Of a DNA stretch of 64,000 bases, positions 37,195 to 49,570 are shown piece after piece. The notes beneath the pieces were generated by a model. That model did no database searches and had not been told where the DNA came from. It worked only from the letters and a program-made list of their open reading frames with translations. The first letter of the stretch is position 1, and every line of letters starts with the position of its first letter. A program made the translations under genes and the position numbers. The DNA comes from Octopus sinensis (Eukaryota): assembly GCF_006345805.1 (NCBI RefSeq), contig NC_043008.1, positions 66,712,001 to 66,776,000 on the forward strand, written 5' to 3'.

Positions 37195-37229
37195 CTGATG
37201 AGCTTGTAATTTTCAGGTGAAACTAGGTC
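37195..37229 (+). ncRNA. Minimal type-I hammerhead ribozyme-like motif
   Basis: CTGATGA, stem II GCTTG-TAATTTT-CAGGT, GAA, AC-TAG-GT, C (GUC triplet). Stem I is ACT/AGT with one extra A. Confidence 0.65.
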
Positions 37230-37416
37230 AGTATAATCATCTTGCTTCGCTGTGGGGGTGGTTATCTTCCCTGTTAGAATATGAAAATGTGCCTTCTTGT
37301 GGCTCTAAGGGTTTTTAACTCTCATTTCTAGCAATACGGGTACTACCCAGCACCCTCAGTCACAATTAGTGGCAAGTGAATTTTTCCCTTTTGGTTTCAT
37401 ATTGTGTATAGCTGCC

Positions 37417-37458
<42 letters not shown>

Positions 37459-37556
37459 TTCTAACAGGGAAGATAACCACCCCCACAGCGAAGCAAGTTG
37501 ATAAATATGTATGATTAATAATAATATATAATATATATATATATATATAATATATG

Positions 37557-37606
<50 letters not shown>

Positions 37607-37630
37607 CTATTATATATATATATATATTAT

Positions 37631-37664
<34 letters not shown>

Positions 37665-37708
37665 ATATATATTATGTAATATATATATATATATATATAT
37701 ATATGTAA

Positions 37709-37739
<31 letters not shown>

Positions 37740-37759
37740 ATATATTATATATATATATC

Positions 37760-37805
<46 letters not shown>

Positions 37806-38465
37806 GATTATCTGCAAGGAGAAGGGAGAGAGCAAGTAATTTTATTACATAAATTTTCAGTTGTTTTTTCAATACGCAATCTCAAGTGTATTGCTATATT
37901 ATTACATAATATATGCAACTATAAATTCCTGAGCTATCATTAAACAGATACAACTGAATGTTGACCCTTCAGAGTTATGTATGAAATCCTTTTGCTGGCA
38001 AACTTGTATTATCAACAGTTTATACCTGTAGCAAGTAAATGTCTTTATGACTACATTTGCACATCGCAAGCAAAACAAAGAACAGAGTAAACTCCAGAGT
38101 TGACACCCAAATGAAACTGATATATATATATATATATATATCCTTTAAGTTCATTTACAGGAAATGTTTTTGAATATGCACATAAAATTTCCTATGTTAT
38201 GCCTGCTACAGCCTAGTAATTCCAACTTGCAACAGCATTTTTATGGGATAGTACTGAGCTGTGCTGATATAACGTAGGATAAATGTAGTAGTAATAATAA
38301 TAATAATAATAATAATAATCCAAGGATGGAATTTCATAAATATTTCAATGCATTACTATACGTGTTTCCACAAATCATATAGTCACAAAAAACATATGTA
38401 TATATATGTATGTATATATATATATATACACACACACATGCATAGTTCTTTAATAGAAATTAAGG

Positions 38466-38974
38466 GGTGGATTATATAGAGATGATGCTCTTTTCGCTAT
38501 ATATAAATCTAATATAGTTAATTTAGAAAGGTATGGAAAAAATCTTTATAAATTCTTTAAGCATCTTGGTCTTTCTATTACTATAGAAAATGAATATACT
38601 AGGGTTAATTTTCTTGATTTACATAAGGAATTATACCAGCCTATCATGAGCCTTATTAAGGCCTAAGATATATATATAAAAATACTAATCAATCAAGAGG
38701 CACAATAAATTCAATCGTTAAGAATATATCTACTTGTATTTTGAGGATTTCAGCTAATGAGGATATATTTAAGTAAAATCAAACTTATTATAACCATGCA
38801 TTATTGGAAGCTGGATATAAAGATAAGGTTTCTTATATCCAGAATCCTCATAACAATAAAGTTCTAGAAAATGATAGGAATATAGAGATGTTAAAAATTA
38901 ATAAAGAGTATAAGAAAACTAAAAATTTAGATAGAAATAATAATAATAATGATAATAATAATAACACTTTAATG

Positions 38975-39023
<49 letters not shown>

Positions 39024-40014
39024 CTACAAATTTATGAATAAAAATTATAATAGGAAGCAACTCAATTTAATAAAAGTAATACTAACAAAAAGGTTTATAG
39101 AAATAAGAAGAAGAATGGATCAACAAATGTTATATGGTATAATGCTCCATTTTCATATTCAATAGCTTCTAATATCCCTCATAAATTCTTTGTAGCACTA
39201 GATAGGTATTTCCCACCTTCAAATATGTGAAATTATTTCATAAACATAGTGTTAAGTTTTCGTATTTAGCCCCTAGAAATTTAGCTGAGATTATTGCAGT
39301 ACAAAATAAATAGGGAATTAAAGAATATCTAAATCCTAAATCTATAAATAATTGTAGAACTGATAATATTTATAGTGAAATTAATGTTATTGATAATCAT
39401 TCGGAACAAGGTTTAGATTCTATGATTGATCAAAATGTTGATAATATAGTTAGTCTTTTACCTTGTATTAATATTAATTCTAATGATAATAATAATTATA
39501 ATCCAACCTTAACACCTATTTAACAGATGAGCATTAGTAGAAATTCTTATAGCTATAAGGGGAGTTTACAAGTGAACAAGTCCATGTGTAACTGTGTAAT
39601 CAAAACACGATGCCCTTCAAGAAATCAGTGTTTAAAGAAGAATATAGTATATCAGTGTGAAGTATATAGTATATCAGACTTCGTAAGTATTTGTATATTG
39701 GTTCTTCTGCTACTAGTTGGAAATCTAGATTTTATAATCATTCTAATTCTTTTAAATATAGAAGAAAATGTAATTCTACTAATCTTGGTAAATGCATTTG
39801 GAATTTAAAGGATAAGAATATTAAATATGATTTAAAGTGGTCCTTTATTTGTTATGCACCATTTTATAATATTTGTATTTCTACTTGTGATCTTTGCCTT
39901 GAAGAATTATATTTTATAATTACTTCTAAAATAATTTCATTGAATTTTAATGGGCACTTAACTTTAAGATTTTGCCATGAATTTAGAAAGACATTCAAAT
40001 ATTTCAGTTATTAA
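38466..40014 (+). pseudogene. Penelope-like element: RT C-terminal half through GIY-YIG endonuclease
   Basis: GLYRDDAL..LGLSITIE..VNFLD, RISANEDIF..YNHALLEAGYK, WYNAPFS, CNC..CP..QCLKKNIVYQ and YIGSSATSWKSRFYNH..IWNLKDK..KW..CDLCLEE. Contains stops, frameshifts and a (TAA)n tract at ~38935-39020. Confidence 0.9.
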
Positions 40015-40978
40015 TTATAATAATGTTTTAATTAATTATTATATAGTAAGGTTAATTTTTATTAGAGTGCTTAATATAAAGAGTAAGTAATTGCATTTAA
40101 GAGAGATGTTTCAGCAGCTCGTTTTGCAAATTTGCAAAATTTTATTTCAGTTGTACAATGGTCAATAACTATCAGTTGACATTCAGGTAGGAATGTCACA
40201 AAAAAAAAAAAAGATTGTAGAATTATCATCAACAAGGCTCAAGAAATACCATCAAGAAAGCATGAAAGGTTTATGTGGTATCTTGGCTCTCATAAATATC
40301 CAAATGGCACTAACCAGTTGATATCAATACTAAGCCCAACTATTTAGAGAATTTCTGAGGTGCAAGCATGGCAGTGTGGTAAGACATCTTCTTCCCAATC
40401 ACATGGTTTAAGGTACAATTCCATTGCATGGTATCTTGAACAAGTGCCTTCTGCTATAGCTCCAGGTCAATCAAAACCTTGCAAGTGGATTTGGTAGATG
40501 GAAATTGAAAGAAGTTCATCCAACTCATTATGTGTGTGGGAGTGTATGTAGTGTGTGTGTTTTGCTGTTTGTGTAAACTGGTGTTGGTCTGTTTATATCC
40601 TCATTACTTTACCATTTGATAAAAGAGGCTGGTAGAATAACTACCAGGCTTTAAAAAATAGCACAAGTACTATGGTCGATTCACTAGACTGAAACCCTTC
40701 AAGGTGGTGCCCCAGCATGGCCACAGTCGAATGACTAAAACAAATAAAAGATAAGAAATAATAGAAAATTCTCTTTAGCCCATTGCTGTCTCTCATCACA
40801 ATTTGAAAGTGAAAGTAGGAGCACACGTCATGTTTCTATGAAGCTTAGATACACCAAAACTATGTAACAGTACAAGAACGTCTATCATAACTTTTATGAC
40901 CTCATGTGTTTGAAACCACCATTTTTGTTTGGCTGCAACAAGGGAGAGGATGTTTTCATTCTACACATTTCCCTAAAC

Positions 40979-41226
40979 CAGTGGTTTTCTACTGGGAGCC
41001 ACATGACCCTTGGAAGTCTATACAAGGTTTTTTTGCTGAAGCTTATGTGCAATAAATAGGTTCTATAATACACAAAATATTTTAACAATTTCCTTTTATA
41101 CAATTCCCAATGATATTTAATTATGAAAATATAAGATTTTTAAAAGAATGAATGGCTATGAGGGTCCATTAGAGAAAACAAGGGCTCAAAGGTGTCCACA
41201 AGCAAAAACTGGCTGAAAAACCACTG
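40979..41226. mobile_element. hAT (Buster-type) MITE
   Basis: CAGTGGTTTT...AAAAACCACTG with TSD CCCTAAAC/TCCTAAAC (nnnTAnnn). Confidence 0.85.
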
Positions 41227-41234
41227 TCCTAAAC

Positions 41235-41385
41235 TAATCAAGGCAATCTGCAGCCTGCTGAACTTTCTGAATATCATGCTTAATGAAATATTTACTTTAA
41301 AGTTTTGTTTTTAGTAGTGTAGCTTTTCGAATGATGAGACATGTGTCAGGAGATCCACTTCATGATAAAGGTTGCCCAATCCCTG
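41235..41385. mobile_element. Second, different hAT MITE at the same target site
   Basis: The right end reverse-complements to CAGGGATTGGGCAACCT; the left end is degenerate TAATCAAGGCAATCTGCAGCC. Flanked by TCCTAAAC/TCCTAAAT. Confidence 0.6.
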
Positions 41386-41441
41386 TCCTAAATTACATTT
41401 TTTCAATTCAAACACAATTAGTTGCCTCTAATACTTTTTCT

Positions 41442-41580
41442 TATTTCTTTACTGCCCACAAGGGGCTACACACAGAAGGGACAAACAAGGACAGACAAAC
41501 GGATTAAGTCGATTATATCAACCCCAGTACGTAATTGGTACTTATGTAATCGACCCCGAAAGGATGAAAGCAAAATCGAC
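41442..41580 (-). mobile_element. 5'-truncated SINE family A with a 16-bp TSD
   Basis: CTCTAATACTTTTTCT occurs at both 41426-41441 and 41581-41596. Confidence 0.85.
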
Positions 41581-43201
41581 CTCTAATACTTTTTCTATGA
41601 CCATCAACAATACTCTTTGATGAAATTGCTAGAGTTTGAACTGGCAAATCTGTGTTTCTCTTATGGTTGGCAATCTGTTGAATGCTCACATGGTGGGTCA
41701 AGAAGATATCTTTTCCATGAACAAACAAACTGCAGAACAAGAAGTGTTGTTTTTACTCAGAGCTCTCGGGACACAAAAACCCATTTCTATTAGAATCGCT
41801 TGTGTTTTATGCATTGTATATCAATTTAAAATTGCAAGAAAATAAATGAAATAAAAGACAAATCACAAAATTATCATTGTCAATAAATGCACTCTTAAAT
41901 ACCTGCGTCACCCTAACAAGATACATGCAAATATATTACATAGCAAAAAGAATTACGTAAAAACTTGCTATAAGTCATTTACTGTAACAAAATTTTAAAA
42001 AACAACTACCTCTATATTCAGCAACCGGACAATGTGAGATGTATGTGTATATGTATGCAGGTATGTCTGCATACATACATGTATGTGTGTGTGTGTGTAC
42101 ATACATATATCTATGTATACATACATACATGGGTAGGTATAATATATATAAAAATAATATATTTATATATATATATATATATAACATAATATATTTTTAG
42201 CATATATAATGCATAAAATATACATTTGTGTGTATATATACACACACACATACACACACAAATGTGTATATGTATTTGCATTATATACATAAATTACATA
42301 TGTTCAAACATACATACATTCCATACACACACACACACACACAAACACATACACATGCACAAATGCACAGACACACACACACACACAAACACACACATGC
42401 ACAGACACACAGAGACAAACAAACACACACACACACACATAGATACATAGATTCATAAATTCATACATACATACATACATCATACATATATACATACATA
42501 CATACATGCATACATACATACATGCATACATACATACATGCATACATACATACATATATACACACATACATACATACATATATACACACATACATACATA
42601 CATACATACATACATACATACACACATACACACATACATACATACATGCACACATACATACATACATATATACATACACACACACATACATGCATACATA
42701 CATGCACACACACACAAACATTAACGGATAGAAAGTAAATTGGTAGTGAGTCATTTGTTTCAGTTAATGTTCTTTGCTGTTTTAAATCTTCTTTAAAACA
42801 CCAGCACCATGTGTGCCTCTGTGTGTGTGTGTACATGCATGTATGTGCATGTATGTTTGTATGTGTATGTGTGTGCATGTGCATGCATATGTGCATGTGT
42901 ATGTGTGTGTGTGAAAAAGTGAGAGAGAGAGTGTGTGTGTGTGTGTATGTGTGTGTCCATGTTCATATGCATACGTGCAGTAAAGCTATGCCTTTGCTTT
43001 ATCAGATTATGTCTTCGAAATATTATTTCATTTCGATAATTCTAATTTACATGAAAGAAGTTAAGAATATTGCTCTGAGAATTGATAATATATAGCAAAT
43101 GTCTATATGCGTGTATGTGTGTGTGTGTGCGTGTGCGCACGTGCATGTGTGTATGTGGTTCTGTGTGAGACAGTGTGCATTTCTCTGAGACTATATATAT
43201 A

Positions 43202-43236
43202 TATCGTTCCAATTTTAGTATATGTACTGCTGAAGC

Positions 43237-43241
<5 letters not shown>
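43202..43241 (-). pseudogene. U6 snRNA 5' fragment (about nt 2-41)
   Basis: Minus strand TACATGCTTCAGCAGTACATATACTAAAATTGGAACGATA matches the conserved U6 5' end (..TGCTTCGGCAG.ACATATACTAAAATTGGAACGATA..). It stops before the ACAGAG box and has (TA)n on both sides. Confidence 0.85.
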
Positions 43242-43275
<34 letters not shown>

Positions 43276-43360
43276 TGTGTGTGTGTATATATATTATATA
43301 CACACATATGTATATATATATGCATAATATATATTTTATAAATGTATGTATATAAATATA

Positions 43361-43414
<54 letters not shown>

Positions 43415-43764
43415 ATTGTGTGCTCTGTGTGTGTGTGTGAGATTATGTGTGCATGTGTGTATATCTGCTTCTGTGTTTCTATGTGTATGTTTGAACTTAT
43501 GTGTGTGCATATGTGATTGTGGGGGCACAGTTATATTTCTATGTGTGACTATAAGCATGCAAGTATGCACACATACACACACTCACACATACATGCACAC
43601 ACACACACACACGTTCATATATGTTTTTATTTCAGTATGTGTGAATGTGTGTAGGTGTATACATGTGTTTGCATTCTCTCTCTCTCTCTTTCTCTTACTA
43701 ACTATCTATTTCTTCATTTATTAATCTGTCCCTCTCTCTTTTCTTCCCTCTGTCTCTCTCCTCT

Positions 43765-43805
<41 letters not shown>

Positions 43806-44349
43806 CCATCTCTCTATTCTTGTGAGATTGTGGAACTGAGAGTTGAAATACGAGGGAATATGACTGTCAAAAATGGAGATATATTGAGAAGTATATGCAT
43901 AAGTGTTTGTGTGTATGCATGTAAGCATTATGCTTATATATATACATATACACTAATGTATGTATATATATATATATTTATATACTAATGTATGTATATA
44001 TATGTATATGTGTGTGTATACACACATGCATTAGTATATAGTGTGAGTGTGTGTGTGTGTGTGTGTATGAGTGTGTGTGTGTGGTGTGGTGTGTGTGTGT
44101 GTGTGTGCATGTGTCCCAATAGATCTTTCAGCATATCTTTATGTAACAGATACAGAGTACTCAATACACGAAACTACAGCTAAAATAATGTAATCTAATA
44201 TACATGCAAGAATTGATATATACTCAAAACATAATAAGAATTATGAATATTAAAGACACACACACACATTAGACATATAAATATATATGTGTGTGTATAT
44301 ATGTTTACACACAGACACATACATACAAACAGACATAATATATATACAT

Positions 44350-44435
44350 ATCATCATCTCTCACTCTGCCCAATATACATACATATATATATATATATAA
44401 ATGTATGTATATTGGGCAGAGTGAGAGATGATGAT
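44350..44435. repeat. Perfect 35-bp inverted repeat around an (AT)n spacer
   Basis: ATCATCATCTCTCACTCTGCCCAATATACATACAT at 44350-44384 and its exact reverse complement at 44401-44435. Confidence 0.9.
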
Positions 44436-45480
44436 GATGAAAGAGATATAGAGACATTGTGGATATATGCATGCATACATACTTACATATATGTGTGTAT
44501 ATATATATAAATATGTATATAGATATGCATGTCTGTGTGTACATGTATAGGTAGAGAAAGAATGTCAGAGGGAAAGAGTAAGAAAGGTTGTTGTTGTAAT
44601 GATAATGGTGAGAGAGAGATAGAGAGAGAGAAGGAAAATGAGAAAATGAGAGAAAAAGAAAAAGGAGAGAGTGAGATACATAGATAGGCAGATAGACAGA
44701 CAAACAAACAGACAGAAAGAGGGAGAGAGAGAGAGAGAAAAGGAGAGAGAGAGCAATAATTGGATGAAAGGATGGAGAAATTGGAAAAGGAGACCAGTGA
44801 TTTGGCACAAATAGTGAAATTGTGAAAAACAATAGAAAATTTGGAAGAATTGTAGACATTAGCGGTAGTTTTAGATTGGTTGAGTGTAAATTATTGGAAC
44901 AGAAGATAGAATGATGGAATCTCAAAGACAAAAGAGAACTTTCCAGTTAGATAAAGCTGGAAGTTTGATGTATAACATGTTTGCAGTAAGGAACGCATCA
45001 GAATAGAATTTTGTTGTAAGCAGGAATTATATAAGAAATGTTTGGTATTCTCTAAAACTAAGAATGTCTGCACCCATTGTAATGATTTTTTCATGGTTTG
45101 GGAGAAATAAAACTATTCTATAGAACTATTACAGACATTGCTGTGCTGTTGGGAAGAAAGCTTCTCAACAAAGAGGTCTTCGGTTCAGTTGCCATCTTGG
45201 ACAATGCCATTGTATTCTATTATAGCTCCAGGCCAGCCAAAGCCTTATGAGTGGACTTGGTAGATGGAAACTGAAAGAATCCCATCATATATATATATAT
45301 ATATAATTATAATTGTAATTATAATTATATTTAATTATATTTATATTTATATTTAAAAAGACTTTTTGTAAAAGTTCCTTCCGATAATGGTTCTCTTTAC
45401 ATACTGAAACTACTTGGTAAAATTTATTAATTTTAATTAATAATTATTTACCCTTATAATTGTAATATATATATATATAT

Positions 45481-45533
<53 letters not shown>

Positions 45534-46318
45534 CTGTGTATGTGTGAGTATGTGTGTGTGTGTTTGTGTTTGTCCCCTATTTTCCACTTGGCAATAGGTG
45601 TTGGTTTGTGCATGTCCCTGTAACTTAGCGGTTTGGGGAAAGAGGCTTATAGGATAAGTACCACACTTAAAGAAAAAAAAATCCCTAGGGTTGATTTGTT
45701 TGACTAAGCCCTTCAATGCAGTGCCCTCCCCCACATGGCTGCAGTCTGATGATAAAACAGATAAAAGATAAAAAATAAAAGAACTAATGATTATTATTTT
45801 TTGTTGTTGTTATTGGGTCTCAGGCTGTGCACGTTTAATAACTATTTAACAATAGTGTGGAGGAGCATAGAATTACTAAAATATGGTGAATGAGTGCCTA
45901 TGCTGTTTGACCATTTTGGAAGTGCTATGGCTCCTAATGTCTGTCAGAACAACAATCTAGGGGAAGGATACTCTTAACATAAAATCTGAGGATTATTTAT
46001 TTTCTATTCATCTCAAACAATGTTGGGCCACCAGGAGAAAAACTGTTCCTTTTGGAAAATGAATGCATTTCTGTGCATGCATCATTCGCTATAAAGAATC
46101 GATGTGCTGGAATTTCTTGGAATCACAGAGAGAAAATGTAAATTTTAAAAAATGTGTTTAGATGTGGCTGTGTGGTAAGAAGTTTGCTTCCCAACCACAT
46201 GGTTTTGGGTTCAGTCCCACTATGTAGCACTTTGGGCAAGTATCTTCTATTATATCTTTGGACTGGCCAAAGCCTTGTAAGGGGATATGGTAAACAAAAA
46301 TTAAAGGTAACCTGTTGC

Positions 46319-46320
<2 letters not shown>

Positions 46321-46349
<29 letters not shown>

Positions 46350-46431
46350 TGTATGTATGTATGTATGTATGTATGTATGTATGTATGTATGTATGTATGT
46401 ATGTATGTATGTATGTATGTATGTATGTATG
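46321..46431. repeat. (ATGT)n microsatellite inside a family B SINE
   Basis: About 27 units. Confidence 0.95.
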
Positions 46432-46462
46432 TGAGAGTGTGTGTGCGTGTGTGTGTGTGTTA

Positions 46463-46498
<36 letters not shown>

Positions 46499-46592
46499 CT
46501 TGTCAGTGTATATATATAGTGTGCTTCTTACAGTATTTTTTGCAATACAGGTGCTTCAGCACCCTCACCCACCATTAGTGGCAATAAAATGT

Positions 46593-46638
<46 letters not shown>

Positions 46639-47509
46639 GGTGTGTGTATCTGTGTATGTGTCTGTGTTTGTACCCCACCCTTGCTTAATGCCAGTGTTAA
46701 TATCCAGCCCTGCTTGATCCCCATAAGTTAGAAGTTCAGCAAAAAGAGACTGATATAATAAGTACAAGACTCAAAAAACAAGTACTAGAGTAAATTTGTT
46801 TGACTAAACCCTTCATGGTAGTAATCCAAACCTACCATGGCCACCATCCAATGACTGAAACCAGAAAAAGAAGCAAAATATTGGCATTATGGAAGTCAGA
46901 GAATAATTTACACTTTCTTTATCTAACCTACATCCAAATAGTTTCAGTGTTCACCAGAGTCCTAGTCTGTGTATCCATGTGTTACTGTCCTCTGTAACTT
47001 TGGAATTTAGTTTCCCATCTCTAGCCTTACAGAATAGTTTTGTGGCCCTCGTAAGTCTCCATGTTTTTTTTCTTTAAGTGTTGTTAATAAAACTCTATTT
47101 TCTGAATGCCTAAGATTTACCCACCAGTTGTTTGGTTCTCTACATTATATCTCAACTCTGTGCTTCTGATGTTCTTGTAATTTTAGAGACTATTCTTGTG
47201 ACCATGCACTAGCTCTTTGTAATTTCAATTTCCTGGTCTTTAGAGATTTTAACAGCCACTTTTACAGTGTTTATATTGTCTGTTGGACACATCACTTAAA
47301 TAAGAGTATCTTGTCTTTTTTTGACAGTATCAGAGCAGTAATCTCTCATCTACTTATCTCTAAGTATTGCTAATGCATCGATGGTCTTAGTAGTTGCATA
47401 GTTAACACAAACAGTCAAGATTGATTGGAAGAACTTTAGTGTGATATAAAATAAGATGGGATAAAGAAAGAGAGAAACAAACAGAGAAAGAGAGAGCGGA
47501 GAAGAGAGG

Positions 47510-47511
<2 letters not shown>

Positions 47512-47598
<87 letters not shown>
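47512..47598. repeat. (AG)n microsatellite
   Basis: About 43 uninterrupted units. Confidence 0.95.
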
Positions 47599-47602
<4 letters not shown>

Positions 47603-48073
47603 CTCACTAGAGAATTAGGAAAAATAAACAGTTTTGAGTTTGAATATCATATACATAATAAAAATCACTACTGTCTGAAAATTTGGTTTAATTTTAGAAA
47701 ATAGCTGTAAAAGCAGAGACTGATATGGAATATTGATAAGGTCTGTCTCAGAGAAGATGAAGGATCAATAGATAACCAGCATCTAAAATGTATTATTCTT
47801 TGTTATCTTATTTGTTTCAGTTATTTGACTATGGTCATGCTGTAGCACTGCCTGAAGTGTTTAGCCAATCAAAACACAGCAAATACTTATTTTTTAACTC
47901 TGGCATATATTCTCAGACTCTTTGACCAAAACAACTCCAGTTGGGGACAAACATAAAGATAAGCACACATACATGCACACACACATACACAGCTGCACAT
48001 GCCTGTGTGTATGTGTGTGTGTGTGTGTGTGTACATATATATGATGACAAAGAAAGGAAACCCAAAGTCTATG

Positions 48074-48451
48074 ATGAAAGCATAATTCATCTCCAAAGCG
48101 CTGGTGGAGCAGCAGGAGCAACTCCACATGGAAATCGCTCAGGACATGCTGGATAGTGGAAACCATGACCCAAACATCATGAAGACCATCGTCACTGGTG
48201 ATGAGACATGGGTTTATGGACTCTGATCGATGTGTTTGGTCATCTTGCATAAAAACAAAAATCTAACGAGTGCACACTACACACCTGTACTCTATGCATA
48301 ACAGCCAGGAACTGACACAGCCTACCAGCACAAAAATATTCATGCATGTACAGGAAGCGTGGTGTTACCTCTCACCCTAAGGATTTTGCCCATGCAGCAT
48401 TAGTTATGACAAGAAAAAATATAATTGGATACTTTTTGAACACACCTCATA
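48074..48451 (+). pseudogene. Mariner fragment: start of catalytic domain joined to the right end/TIR
   Basis: MKA*FISKALVEQQEQLHMEIAQDMLDSGNHDPNIMKTIVTGDETWVYG (TGDETW motif). TIR-like GGATACTTTTTGAACACACCTCATA at 48427-48451. Confidence 0.85.
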
Positions 48452-49139
48452 ATGTGTCTAAAGTTGGAAGACGAAAATATAAGTTGATCAAATATGTATA
48501 AAACCATTCAGGAAATGTGTTTACAGATACAGACGTTATGTGAAAGACATTGTCTGGAACTGTCCAAACTGATATGGCTTCAACATTCTAAAGACTTATA
48601 AATTCTGCATAATTTGGAATTATCTCAGCCGTTGTATGGAGTCTACAACTGAAAAATAACAGGATTCTTTCTTTTAAGACAAATATTTTAAGGAATGGCT
48701 ATAATCGATGAGAGGAGCCCCAGTACATCACTGGTATTTTATTTTATCAAGCTTGAGGAAAGAAAAATTTTTTTTAAATAAGGTGATCTACTTTGGCAGT
48801 TTTTGAATACAGAACTTCTTTTACATTTTCAGCTTTTGTTCCTTGTTGTTGATGTTCTACAACAATAACAACTACTGTGACTACTACTACTCCCATATCC
48901 TCCTCATCATATCATCATCCAGCACCACTCCTCCTCGTTATATCCTCCTCCTCCGCCATCTATTAAAATAATTTTGATTTTCAGGAATATTGAATCAACC
49001 CAGTATATGTGTGGTACATAATGCCTTCAACTTCCCAAAGATAAAAATGGCAAAGTCAGCCAATGCCAACTTAGAAATATGGAAGAGAATATAAAAGCTG
49101 AATAGCTAAAAATAGTAAAAGACATTTTTGTTTGCTTCA

Positions 49140-49570
49140 ATATCTATTCTACCACCTACCACCAGTCTACAATCTGCCAGCATCTTCCATCTACCATTAT
49201 TCTACCATCTGCTACCATTCTACCAGCTATCACCATTCAACCATCTACCACCATTCTACCAACTCTCACCATTCTGCCATCAACCACTATTCTACCATTT
49301 ATCATCAATCTGCAATCTACCACAATTCTACTACTTATCACCAAGTTGCTGCCCATGAGCATTCAACCATCTACCACTAGTCTACCAACTACCACTATTC
49401 TGTCATCTACCCTTGTTCTACCATTTATCATGAATCTGCAGTCTACCACCATTCTGTCATTTGAGCATTCAACCATCTATCCCCAATTCTACCCTCTACA
49501 ATCCTTCTACGTTCTACCCAGCCTCTAGCAACTATCACCAACCTACCCTCTACCACCATCCTGCTATCTA
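49140..49570. repeat. Degenerate 18-nt-period minisatellite (TCTACCATCTACCACCAT)
   Basis: One frame shows a recurring STIYHH-like 6-residue period (ORF 49132-49380), with many substitutions. Confidence 0.7.

Larger units (their letters stand above)
40761..41775 (+). pseudogene. Helitron PIF1-like helicase C-terminal fragment split by three insertions
   Basis: HHNLKVKVGAHVMFL*SLDTPKLCNSTR..GCNKGEDVFI (40761-40978), FQFK..SMTIN (41394-41441 and 41597 onward), then LCFSYG..CS.GGS..LF..TRSVVF. Confidence 0.75.

Noticed and set aside
44760-45090. Coiled-coil-like reading (ERMEKLEKETSDLAQ) suggesting a LINE ORF1
   Set aside because: Multiple stops, purine-rich composition and no diagnostic motif.
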